From the IMG/VR virus record IMGVR_UViG_3300044691_000355, positions 1-64,000 of that record: a stretch of DNA of 64,000 nucleotides; one strand, given 5' to 3'. Below are positions 9,276-17,427 of the stretch, in pieces. A program made the position numbers and the translations under genes. This DNA is from a virus. Position 1 is the first letter of the stretch. The number at the start of each line of letters is the position of its first letter. The notes under the pieces were generated by a model, which did no database searches, was not told where the DNA came from, and worked only from the letters and a program-made list of their open reading frames with translations.

Positions 9276-9563
9276 ATGATGCCTAACAGCGAGCGCAAGC
9301 CGGAACAATTCGCCTACCCCTACGTGAACATGAACGGCGATACCCGCGAGACGCTGATCGAGGATCGGCTGGCGACGGTAAACGCGCTGTGTCTCGCTAT
9401 GGAGCGCCTAAGCGCGCAGTACCCCCACGGGCGCAACTACCAGACGGCCCCTCCCGGAGCCTATTTGCGGGCGCGCGAGCTGCACGATGCGCGGGTGGCG
9501 ACACTACGGCGGATCGCGTCAGAAATTTCGGTCGAGGCGCTTTTCATTCAAGGAAACTTTTAG
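9276..9563 (+). CDS. Hypothetical protein
   Basis: PYVNMNG..PHGRNYQ motif; AGGAG RBS. Confidence 0.7.
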   Translation: MMPNSERKPEQFAYPYVNMNGDTRETLIEDRLATVNALCLAMERLSAQYPHGRNYQTAPPGAYLRARELHDARVATLRRIASEISVEALFIQGNF

Positions 9564-9570
9564 GAGCGAA

Positions 9571-9900
9571 ATGATGAACAAAAAAGACCTCGCCATCGTG
9601 GCCAAGGCCGTCCGACTGGTGCGGCCGATCTCGACCGACACGAGCAATCACGGAGTGCGCGCGGCTCACGAGGCGCTCGATCAGTTTGTCCGCGAACTGG
9701 CTGATCTACTGGGGAGCCAGCGCAACGGATTTCTCAAAAGGCAAGCATTCATCGCCGCGTGCCAAACCGGCGGCGACCCCCCGGATCGGCTGCCTCATTC
9801 TGGAGGCCTCGCCGATAGCGATACCCAGCACGGGCGCTACATCGATTGCGGCCCGCAAGCCTGGGACGATTCCGGGCGCGGGGACTTCGATGGCGACTGA
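9571..9900 (+). CDS. Hypothetical protein
   Basis: AGGAG RBS, ATG at 9571. Confidence 0.65.
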   Translation: MMNKKDLAIVAKAVRLVRPISTDTSNHGVRAAHEALDQFVRELADLLGSQRNGFLKRQAFIAACQTGGDPPDRLPHSGGLADSDTQHGRYIDCGPQAWDDSGRGDFDGD

Positions 9901-10132
9901 AATACTTTTAGACGCGATCACGGCGCGCCTGGCACAGCATGTGGAGTACAGCCTCAAGCGCGACGAGTGCGCCCGCCGGGCAATCGCTTTGTTCGAGAGC
10001 GGCAAGGTCGATGAGGGCATGGACGTGGCCGAAGAGGCGGAACTTTGGGCTCTTAGAGCGATGGCGCTGGAGCCCGGCAACGAAAGGAGTAATCCGAATG
10101 ACGAGCGACCGAAAGATTCAAATTCTGCTTGA
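9890..10132 (+). CDS. Hypothetical protein
   Basis: ATG at 9890 in a coupled operon. Confidence 0.55.
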   Translation: MATEILLDAITARLAQHVEYSLKRDECARRAIALFESGKVDEGMDVAEEAELWALRAMALEPGNERSNPNDERPKDSNSA

Positions 10133-10328
10133 GGCAATCGAGGCCGAGCGTGACAACCTGTCTCGCGCAGCATCGGTGCTCGGGTGCCTTGCAATCGCGA
10201 TGGAACACGGGGAGCGCGGGCACAAGGGGCCGTACTACCCGGACGTGGCACAGATCGCGCTCGACATGGTGAGGAAATCCATCGGCGCATTGGACCCGAT
10301 CAACTTGCCGAGTGGAGCGACGCCATGA
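10098..10328 (+). CDS. Hypothetical protein, paralog of 511-747
   Basis: AAGGAG RBS; similarity to the 511-747 product. Confidence 0.7.
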   Translation: MTSDRKIQILLEAIEAERDNLSRAASVLGCLAIAMEHGERGHKGPYYPDVAQIALDMVRKSIGALDPINLPSGATP

Positions 10329-10549
10329 TGAGCCCCCACGAACAGAAAAAACTTTTGGAGACTTTCATCGACGGCGTGAAAGAGGAGCTGATCAAGCGCT
10401 CCGACCGCTGGCCGCCCGAGTGGGACGGTCACGAACTGCGGGAGCTGGCGGCCGATGCCTTCGACTGTGAGCGAACGGCCCTCATGAAGACGAGCCGCAA
10501 GCGCCTCCGGGAGTATCAGAACGAGTGTCTCGTCAACAATCTTTTTTGA
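10325..10549 (+). CDS. Hypothetical protein
   Basis: ATGA overlap; PEWDGHELR motif. Confidence 0.65.
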   Translation: MMSPHEQKKLLETFIDGVKEELIKRSDRWPPEWDGHELRELAADAFDCERTALMKTSRKRLREYQNECLVNNLF

Positions 10550-10574
10550 CGCTGGTACGAGTTTCGCGTATACT
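10546..10574 (+). promoter_or_regulatory. Sigma70-type promoter
   Basis: TTGACG-17 nt-TATACT. Confidence 0.7.
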
Positions 10575-10752
10575 TCACTCAGGTACTTTTACAGGAGCGG
10601 AAATTGCAATTCACCATCCCCATCAAGCAGAGTGCAAAACGGGCGCGCAATCGCCGACTGTGTTGCCGCTGCGACGCGCTGCCCTTTCCGCATCGCAGGG
10701 GATCGAGCTACGACATGGGGCGCATCGTTGCACGCTGCCCACCACTGGAGAA

Positions 10753-10941
10753 ATGAGCATGGAATCGACCATTGTCACGCTACAAGCGAAGGGCCACGAG
10801 TACACGTTGCACGTCGAGTTCGATGTGCGTCGTGCGGCCGAGGAACTTTTACATCGCGCGGTTCGCAACAAGTCCCACGTGGCCCGCGCCGTTAATGGCG
10901 CGCTCAAGGTCAAGATGATTGCCAAGGTGCCAACCAAATGA
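10753..10941 (+). CDS. Hypothetical protein
   Basis: GGAG RBS, ATG at 10753. Confidence 0.6.
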   Translation: MSMESTIVTLQAKGHEYTLHVEFDVRRAAEELLHRAVRNKSHVARAVNGALKVKMIAKVPTK

Positions 10942-11240
10942 AGACTGATCGCAACTGCCCATACTGCGGCGAGGGGCCGGTACCAGGACCCACGGCAACG
11001 CTTTTCGGCGTCCGCGCTCGCTGGCATCCAAAATGTTTTACGGCGACGCAAGCTCAGGGCTTCGCAAAACAGGCAGCCCCGAAAGGCTACCGCTACATCG
11101 TGCGCTTGAGCGACTCGCACAGGATTATGGGCATGTGGGTCAACCGCCCGGATGCCTGCGAGCAAGCCTGGGACTGGAATCGGGCACGCTCTGACGGGCA
11201 AGGGCATGTCTACATCGAGGATCAAGGAGAAACCGCATGA
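10938..11240 (+). CDS. Zn-binding hypothetical protein
   Basis: CPYC..HPKC; ATGA overlaps. Confidence 0.6.
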   Translation: MKTDRNCPYCGEGPVPGPTATLFGVRARWHPKCFTATQAQGFAKQAAPKGYRYIVRLSDSHRIMGMWVNRPDACEQAWDWNRARSDGQGHVYIEDQGETA

Positions 11241-11680
11241 CTCACATTTATTACAACGTCGCACCCCGCTACTCGTGCGGCTCCCCGGCTCAGGTTGACC
11301 GTAAGACGGCGCTTCGCGTAGCAGGTCAGGAAATCGACGGCTACCAGCGGGCGATTGAGGGCGCGTATGGGGAGGAGGAGCGCAAGCACGCGCTGGCCGT
11401 CGGCACCTCCGGCATTGTCGAGGAGCGCGAAGTCTTTGCGCACCACTACCTCGCAATCGACTGCATCACGGGCCAACGGCGCGACAGCCGACAGCCGAGC
11501 AGAGAGCAGCTCGCGGCGGTCGAGCGCTGGAAGCGGCTGCACGGGCGGCACTGGAAAAACGCGTTGAGCGATGCATGGATGCGTGCGGGCGAAGGCGTCC
11601 ACGGCTACGAGCCAGCCCTCCAGCAACTGAGAAACAACTTCGGCCCCTCGTGGCTCTACAGCCGCAAGGTAAAGACATGA
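11237..11680 (+). CDS. Hypothetical protein
   Basis: GRHWK..L..AW...LQQLRNNFGPSWL motif. Confidence 0.7.
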   Translation: MTHIYYNVAPRYSCGSPAQVDRKTALRVAGQEIDGYQRAIEGAYGEEERKHALAVGTSGIVEEREVFAHHYLAIDCITGQRRDSRQPSREQLAAVERWKRLHGRHWKNALSDAWMRAGEGVHGYEPALQQLRNNFGPSWLYSRKVKT

Positions 11681-12264
11681 GCGGCAAGCTTTATCTGTGC
11701 CCAGAGACAGGCGCAACTGTCTGGGACCCCAATGCCATCGAGAAGGAAAAGCCGATGAACGAATATTTCACCATCAGCGTCCTGGACCTGAATGCGGGCA
11801 CGCGGGTCACAGAGACCTTCCGATCAGCGCACAAGGCGACGCAGAGGGTTGACCAGATCAATTTCCAAAGTGCAGCGACCCACATCAGCGCTGAGTACAT
11901 CGGGGACATCCGGGCGCGCAAGTACGTCAAGCAATTTGCACGCGTCCGCGAGGTTCAAGATGAATTGTTACGGCAGCATCAGCTAGCGGAGCAAAAGAAA
12001 AGGAAAAGCGCCAGCGCCGAATGGAAGCCGGTGATGTGGATTCCAGAAAAGAGCGTGGTCATCATTCAATTAGGGGATGAGAATAATTCGTGCATGGTCC
12101 GGGGAGATAAGCACGAAGTCAACGCGAAGCTCATCAATGACGCGCCCAAATTGTTAGCGGCGTTGCGTGACGTGGTGCGGTGGCTCGATAACACGGGGCA
12201 CCTATACAGCACCGACTCCCTGGTGCCGCACTTGCGCGCTGCCATCAAGGACTTGGACGTATGA
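11677..12264 (+). CDS. Hypothetical protein (alternative start 11755)
   Basis: ATGA overlaps; NAKLI..AP.LLAAL motif. Confidence 0.6.
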   Translation: MSGKLYLCPETGATVWDPNAIEKEKPMNEYFTISVLDLNAGTRVTETFRSAHKATQRVDQINFQSAATHISAEYIGDIRARKYVKQFARVREVQDELLRQHQLAEQKKRKSASAEWKPVMWIPEKSVVIIQLGDENNSCMVRGDKHEVNAKLINDAPKLLAALRDVVRWLDNTGHLYSTDSLVPHLRAAIKDLDV

Positions 12265-12494
12265 ACGCGCAATACGTGGCCCCGAAAATGAACCCGTCGG
12301 AACTGCTGGCCTATGGCCTTCAGCAGGCCCGCAAAGCCGGGCACGCGCGCAAGTTTCCCGTCTATGGCGTCTGGCATAACGGCGAACTCGTCTTCTATGC
12401 CTACGGTCGGCGCAGCGCGGCGGCACGCTGGGCCGGGGAGCGTGAGAACGGGTTTTTAGGCGCGCTCACGGTCACGTACATGGGGCGCGGTTGA
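12261..12494 (+). CDS. Hypothetical protein
   Basis: ATGA overlap. Confidence 0.55.
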   Translation: MNAQYVAPKMNPSELLAYGLQQARKAGHARKFPVYGVWHNGELVFYAYGRRSAAARWAGERENGFLGALTVTYMGRG

Positions 12495-12500
12495 TTCGAT

Positions 12501-12587
12501 GAGGGCATTTAGTGGAAATCGAGGGGACAGAACGACAAGGACCGGGGACGCCCGGTGACCGGACAAGCCTCTTGACTAAGTGCCCTC
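12501..12587 (+). ncRNA. Candidate structured RNA containing five GGA motifs
   Basis: GAGGGCATTTAGT pairs with ACTAAGTGCCCTC; inner GAGG/CCTC and ACCGGG/CCCGGT stems; 5 GGA in about 50 nt. Confidence 0.45.
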
Positions 12588-12612
12588 TTCCAATCGACTA
12601 CGAGGTGATGAA

Positions 12613-13314
12613 ATGAAACCCTTACAACCAGCCACGCCCATGCCGCCGAAGTGGACCACGTGGGCCGCCTCCGTGTTCAAGAGCACTGGCCTGTCGATGG
12701 AGCAGATCAAAAAAATCTACGATGAGGAATTCCTTGAGGGGCAGACCTGGATGAATGGGCAATACGTGGTCATCCAAAAAGATTTTCCGAGTGGGATGAC
12801 GCACTTGTCGATCAGGCGGCAGGATCGCAGGGCGTGCCGCGACTGGCGCGATTTTCAGGCCATCAAGAATCAGCTCTGCGGCGACGAGCGTGAAGCCATC
12901 GAGCTATACCCGGCTGAGTCGCGCGTGGTGGACACGGCGAATCAGTTTCACCTGTGGGTGATGCCGGAGGGCGAGAAGCTTCAGATCGGCTGGAGCGTGC
13001 GCAGCGTCTGCGGGCCGGATCAGATGCCCATACCCGGCGCGGTGCAGCGGGCCTTTGACGCGGAGGATCGCATGAGCGGCCCCGTCAATATGCAGGCAGT
13101 CGCCCAAATCCGCGACAAGGTCCGCTTGGTGGCCGCCGATCCTGCCTACTTCGGCGTGCTCTCGACGGGCGAGAAATGCGCGGTGGCCCTCGTGCTCGAT
13201 GACCCGGAACTCTGCAAATGGTGGGGCACGATGCTCGACTGCGTTGACCGGCTCGAAGGCGATTGGATACAGGCTGCAATCTACGTACAACGCAACGGAT
13301 GGAACCCAGAATGA
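12613..13314 (+). CDS. Conserved phage protein
   Basis: HLSIRR.D...DWRDFQAIKNQLCG.E.EAIELYPAESRVVDTANQFHLW motif. Confidence 0.75.
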   Translation: MKPLQPATPMPPKWTTWAASVFKSTGLSMEQIKKIYDEEFLEGQTWMNGQYVVIQKDFPSGMTHLSIRRQDRRACRDWRDFQAIKNQLCGDEREAIELYPAESRVVDTANQFHLWVMPEGEKLQIGWSVRSVCGPDQMPIPGAVQRAFDAEDRMSGPVNMQAVAQIRDKVRLVAADPAYFGVLSTGEKCAVALVLDDPELCKWWGTMLDCVDRLEGDWIQAAIYVQRNGWNPE

Positions 13315-13643
13315 TTACTGTCATCAAGATCGATGTGAAGCACCGAGCGATCCTACGGATCGATATAGGCAAGACGCTCACGGACTTTTACCAGCACATC
13401 GGCTGCAACTGCATGGAGGCGGTGCGCGTTGCCGGGCTCGTGCCCACGGATCGGCTCTACGTCGATGAGGAGGGGTTGCTCACGCCGGGCAAGGCATTCT
13501 TTTTGATCGAGGGGTACGCGCAGCCCCTCGCGGGCAATGGCTTGATCGTCGGGCACAACGATGAGGGCGAATCGGTGAGCGCGGCAACGCCGCTCGGCAA
13601 AGTCTGGCCGCGCATCCAATTTTTAGAGGGGATTTCGACATGA
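13311..13643 (+). CDS. DUF3846-like protein
   Basis: LYVDEEGLL...PLAGNGLIVG..DEGE. Confidence 0.75.
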   Translation: MITVIKIDVKHRAILRIDIGKTLTDFYQHIGCNCMEAVRVAGLVPTDRLYVDEEGLLTPGKAFFLIEGYAQPLAGNGLIVGHNDEGESVSAATPLGKVWPRIQFLEGIST

Positions 13644-13867
13644 GCAGAATGTTTGCGGTAGTGAACGATGTGGAAAAGACGGCGGTATTTGTCAAGCTGG
13701 GCGAGGTGGGATTCTGGCCGTGTAAGCCGGAGCATGAGCCTACGTGGTCACGGATGCACCACGCGCAAGGCGAGGCGGTGACGGCGGCGGCTAAGGCGGG
13801 ATCGATCTTAGGCTGGAATGTACCGGCGGCACGGGCGGCGGTTGAGGCGGCCAGGGCTACCCCGTGA
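13640..13867 (+). CDS. Hypothetical protein
   Basis: VKLGEVGFWP..AAKAGSILGWNVPAA. Confidence 0.65.
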   Translation: MSRMFAVVNDVEKTAVFVKLGEVGFWPCKPEHEPTWSRMHHAQGEAVTAAAKAGSILGWNVPAARAAVEAARATP

Positions 13868-13944
13868 ACGACGTACCGCTGATCGCTGGCCCTCCCCTGC
13901 AAGCTTCACGTATCATGGTCGCTACTCGTAATAGCGGAGGTGGT

Positions 13945-14265
13945 ATGTCGAACAATGAAACGGGAATTGGGCCGGAGGAAGTGCGGGCGGCGCGCGCGGC
14001 ATGCGGCTTGACACAAGCCGAGGCTGCCCCGCTGGTTCACACCGCTATTGACAACTGGCAGAATTGGGAGCAGGGGCGCTACTTCATGTCCCCGGCGCTG
14101 TACGAATTGTTTTTGCTCAAGACTGGGCAGTTCACCTTGCGCGAAATCGTGCCAGACGCTGAGTACGCGGTGATGCGCTTGAGGCTCCGCACCGGCAAGG
14201 TCGTTAATCTGCCGATCAAGCACGCGGTCCTCAAGGATATCGCGGAGGCGACGAGTGCGGCATGA
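13945..14265 (+). CDS. XRE-family HTH regulator
   Basis: VRAARAACGLTQAEAA.LVH....WQNWEQG; GGAGG RBS. Confidence 0.8.
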   Translation: MSNNETGIGPEEVRAARAACGLTQAEAAPLVHTAIDNWQNWEQGRYFMSPALYELFLLKTGQFTLREIVPDAEYAVMRLRLRTGKVVNLPIKHAVLKDIAEATSAA

Positions 14266-14480
14266 GCCCGGCGCAGTGCCGCGCCGCGCGTGGCCTTCTC
14301 GATTGGTCGCAGCTCTGCCTTGCTCATCACGCCCATGTGGCGCACTCGACGGTTGCGGATTTCGAGCGCCAGGCACGCCAGCCGATTGCCAATAACTTAG
14401 CGGCGATGCGCAAGGCCTTTGAGCACCAAGGATTGAAGTTCATGAGTGGCGGCGTTGTCTGGGCATGGCAGGCGCAGTGA
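14262..14480 (+). CDS. XRE-family HTH regulator
   Basis: AQCRAARGLLDWSQ..LA..A.V...TVADFER. Confidence 0.85.
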   Translation: MSPAQCRAARGLLDWSQLCLAHHAHVAHSTVADFERQARQPIANNLAAMRKAFEHQGLKFMSGGVVWAWQAQ

Positions 14481-14519
14481 TTCGACGACGGTAGATCAAT
14501 AAATTGTTAGGGGACTTTC

Positions 14520-14960
14520 ATGACTCCACTTGTGCTCGGCGAAGTACAGTTAAAGCAGCTTTCCGATCTGCGCGCGCTCGCAGCAGAGCACCCGGTGCGC
14601 ATGAAATGGCTGACCGAACTGATCGCGGACCCCATTCATAAAGCCGCGCACATGGCGCAGATGTCGCGCCAGACCGTGGTACTCCCCTTCGGCTTTTGCG
14701 TGACCTTCTCCATCGAGCTGGAGCACCCTGTCGGCGCATGCCGTCACATGAGCATGTCATCCCCGGCGAAAGGCCGTGCGCCCTCCCCCGAAGCGGTTGA
14801 CATGGTTGCCGACGTGCTTGGCTTCGTCGGCGGGTTTCGCGCGTGCAGCGTGTGGCTGGAGGACTTGGAGCGCGGCGGCGATGAGAAACAAAAGGCCGTG
14901 AATTTGGTACAGCCCATTGCAATCACTCAGGAGACAGGCAATGACGCCGGAAGAAATTGA
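14520..14960 (+). CDS. Hypothetical protein
   Basis: TFSIE..HP.G.CRHMSMS motif. Confidence 0.65.
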   Translation: MTPLVLGEVQLKQLSDLRALAAEHPVRMKWLTELIADPIHKAAHMAQMSRQTVVLPFGFCVTFSIELEHPVGACRHMSMSSPAKGRAPSPEAVDMVADVLGFVGGFRACSVWLEDLERGGDEKQKAVNLVQPIAITQETGNDAGRN

Positions 14961-15279
14961 AGCGCTGGAATACAAGGCTCCCCGCTTACTTCCCACGGGC
15001 GAGTGGGCCGGGCTCCAGCAAATGATATTCACCGTCGGCCTATTCGTCGGTCTTGATCAGACCGGCTACCGCACGCGCTTTTGTTACCCGAATTTCTGGA
15101 CGGCGGTCCTCGCAATCCACGAGTGGGACGGCACGGGCGATCCGCCGGGGCCGTGGATCAAACAGAAGGGTATTCCCGGCATCGGTGATCGGCCTAATCC
15201 GCGCGCTGGCGAATTCAAGGGCATCGCGATCATCGAGGAGTCCGCGCCGATCAGCGAAGAGGCGTGGGGGCGGCTATGA
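14941..15279 (+). CDS. Hypothetical protein
   Basis: GY.TRFCY...WDGTGDPPGPWIK.KG motif. Confidence 0.7.
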   Translation: MTPEEIEALEYKAPRLLPTGEWAGLQQMIFTVGLFVGLDQTGYRTRFCYPNFWTAVLAIHEWDGTGDPPGPWIKQKGIPGIGDRPNPRAGEFKGIAIIEESAPISEEAWGRL

Positions 15280-15485
15280 AAGCGCTCATCAAAGGCAGCA
15301 CGAAGGATCGCGCGGCCATTCGACTATTCAAGTCGGTGGCTTACTACGTGAAGGTTCACGGCGGCAACGTCATGGTGACCGGAGGCGTGCATATCATCCG
15401 CTGGCCGGGGGAGCGCGAACTCAACTGGACAATCGGCATCAAGTGCACGGGGTTGCCGCCGAAGAAAGACGAGGAAGCAGCATGA
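15276..15485 (+). CDS. Hypothetical protein
   Basis: ATGA overlaps. Confidence 0.55.
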   Translation: MKALIKGSTKDRAAIRLFKSVAYYVKVHGGNVMVTGGVHIIRWPGERELNWTIGIKCTGLPPKKDEEAA

Positions 15486-15907
15486 TCGAAATCACCGAAC
15501 GCTCACTCGCCTTTTGGTACGTGCAGGGCAAGCGCATGGACTGGCTGGCGCACATCGAGACCACCGATGTGCCGGATGGCTTCAAGCTCACCTATCGGTT
15601 CCGCTACTACACGGAAAAAATGAAGTGGGACGAGGATGAGTGGGATAACAGCAAGGATCGCAAGAGCTGGTACAGCTTAAAGGGGAAGGGGATTGCGAAG
15701 GGGATCGAAGCCACGCGCGTGGTGGCCGAGATGACCAAGGCGAAGGCGCAAAGCGAGGGGCGCGGGGAAATGTGGGAGCTGCTGCGCGGCACCGGCACCG
15801 TGAGGGACCTCATGAAGCAATACGCAGCCCTGCCCTTCGTGCACATGAAGCAAGTAAGCAAAGAGGAATTTGAAGTCTTGACCGGCAAGTGTGTGCTAGA
15901 AAAATGA
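15482..15907 (+). CDS. Hypothetical protein
   Basis: GAGG RBS, ATGA overlap. Confidence 0.6.
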   Translation: MIEITERSLAFWYVQGKRMDWLAHIETTDVPDGFKLTYRFRYYTEKMKWDEDEWDNSKDRKSWYSLKGKGIAKGIEATRVVAEMTKAKAQSEGRGEMWELLRGTGTVRDLMKQYAALPFVHMKQVSKEEFEVLTGKCVLEK

Positions 15908-16058
15908 ACCACAACATCCTCATGGCCATCGCGTGGTTTTTGATCGCGGTGAATTTTGGTCTGATCGGAATCAATGGGGTTTTGCTGCGCAGGAATCGGC
16001 ATATCGCCGAGCTGCTGCAAGCGGCGCTTAGCGATGTGCGAAAAATAGGAGGGAGCTG

Positions 16059-16259
16059 ATGCCGCTGGGACCGGGGAAGTATGACGATGACTGCACGTTG
16101 GTGCGCGAGCGCAATCAGGCGGACGGGGTCTTGATTATTGTATTCGGCGGAGCGAAGGGAACCGGATTCGCAGCGCAGCTCAATGGGCTGCTGACGTTGC
16201 TCACGCCGCAAATCTTGCGCGACGTGGCGAAACAGATCGAAGACAGCGGGGGCGTGTGA
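16059..16259 (+). CDS. Hypothetical protein, last gene of the rightward operon
   Basis: GPGKYDD.CT..RE motif. Confidence 0.65.
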   Translation: MPLGPGKYDDDCTLVRERNQADGVLIIVFGGAKGTGFAAQLNGLLTLLTPQILRDVAKQIEDSGGV

Positions 16260-16282
16260 CCACCCACCCCCGCGCCGAGGTC

Positions 16283-16966
16283 TCAAGTCGCGCTGAAGTG
16301 GATGTCCTTGATGTAATACTGATTTCCCAGTGCGTTCTGCGGCATGGTTCCCCATGTCATCTGGTCCTGTAAGTTGAACTTCAAAATCATCGCGCCAGCA
16401 ATCGCTCCTAGCGGGATTTTATAGGTTGCGTATTTGCCTACCACGGGCGCAGGACCGAAGGTCTCAACCTCAATCGGAACAGCACCGGGAACAGGTGTAT
16501 CGTTAGCTCCCTCAAAACCGCTGCTCCACTGCTGCCCTGCTCTGGTCGGAGCAAGCGTCATATTCAAAAATGCTAACCCAGTGGTATTGAACACATTGTT
16601 CGTGTTGGGCGGATTTTCGTAATAGGGCTGAAACCCTCCACCACCCGCATGGCCGTCCGCGCCCATCGGCGTGGTCGCAGTGATCAGTATCGCAGGCTGC
16701 CCATCTGGACCCGTGACGTTATCCGTCTCCTGTGCGCCGCCATAGTTCATGTTTCCGGTCCACAAATTCTTACCGTTGGCCACTACTTGATTGGCCCCTG
16801 TCGCAGGCGGCACCACGGGAGGTGTTACAGGCGGTGCGACCGTACCGAGAGCAGCGGCCACCGCCGCCACAAAGGACGGTGTCGCGGCCAATGCGGCGGC
16901 GACAGATGCCGCCGTCGGAGGAGTTGGAATAGAGAAACTGACTGTACCGACTACCGTGGTGGTCAT
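16283..16966 (-). CDS. Protein with a Pro-rich linker and a putative carbohydrate-binding beta-sandwich domain
   Basis: APPVTPPVVPP linker, then FNTTG..FL..TL.P...W...VGKYATYKIPL, resembling CBM11/galactose-binding-like folds; AAGGAG RBS. Confidence 0.55.
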   Translation of the reverse strand: MTTTVVGTVSFSIPTPPTAASVAAALAATPSFVAAVAAALGTVAPPVTPPVVPPATGANQVVANGKNLWTGNMNYGGAQETDNVTGPDGQPAILITATTPMGADGHAGGGGFQPYYENPPNTNNVFNTTGLAFLNMTLAPTRAGQQWSSGFEGANDTPVPGAVPIEVETFGPAPVVGKYATYKIPLGAIAGAMILKFNLQDQMTWGTMPQNALGNQYYIKDIHFSAT

Positions 16967-16986
16967 TGAAATCTCCTTGGGTTAAT

Positions 16987-17427
16987 TTATTCCGCGCGGC
17001 ACTTCGCCACTAGGGCGTCGTATCGATCTGCGAAGGCGAACAGGAAGGGTCCGTAATCTGGCCCAGGCACTTTTGCATCAGCGCTCGGGCTGCCCCCGGC
17101 GGCGGCAGGTAGCTCTTGTCCACGATCTGCGGCGGCGGGCATATTGGCGCTTGGGGTTGATGGGCACAGCCGCACAACCATGTCAGGCTTAGCATCGCGC
17201 CCAAGCTGCAAAATCTTTTTCTCATTCTCATAGGCCGTCTCTTTGGTTTGGATCGCCAGCTCGCGCGCGCTCCACGCATCAGCCAGCGCCTTTAATTGAA
17301 CGATGTTCGCGGCCTGCGCTTTGTCGGTCGCGGAGAGGCCGCCCTGGTGGTAGCCGAAAAAGAACGTCGCGAGCACTGATGCGAGCACGGCCAATGCAAT
17401 CGCCGCGTACTTGTAAGCGCCGGTCAT
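16987..17427 (-). CDS. Rz: Inner-membrane spanin
   Basis: N-terminal TM, coiled coil, C-terminal Cys; contains a nested lipoprotein gene. Confidence 0.75.
   Translation of the reverse strand: MTGAYKYAAIALAVLASVLATFFFGYHQGGLSATDKAQAANIVQLKALADAWSARELAIQTKETAYENEKKILQLGRDAKPDMVVRLCPSTPSANMPAAADRGQELPAAAGGSPSADAKVPGPDYGPFLFAFADRYDALVAKCRAE
17010..17225 (-). CDS. Rz1: Outer-membrane lipoprotein spanin nested in Rz
   Basis: MRKRFCSLGAMLSLTWLCGC signal/lipobox followed by a Pro-rich segment, in an alternate frame inside Rz. Confidence 0.75.
   Translation of the reverse strand: MRKRFCSLGAMLSLTWLCGCAHQPQAPICPPPQIVDKSYLPPPGAARALMQKCLGQITDPSCSPSQIDTTP

Larger units (their letters stand above)
6891..10597 (+). 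repeat. Dispersed motif (A)ATACTTTTA(G/C), about 9 copies
   Basis: Copies near 6892, 8147, 8331, 8601, 8886, 9256, 9553 (variant), 9900 and 10583 (variant), mostly just upstream of RBS/start codons. Confidence 0.8.

Noticed and set aside
6891-10597. CRISPR array from the repeated AT-rich motif
   Set aside because: The repeats are only 10-17 bp and are separated by whole genes; no cas operon.
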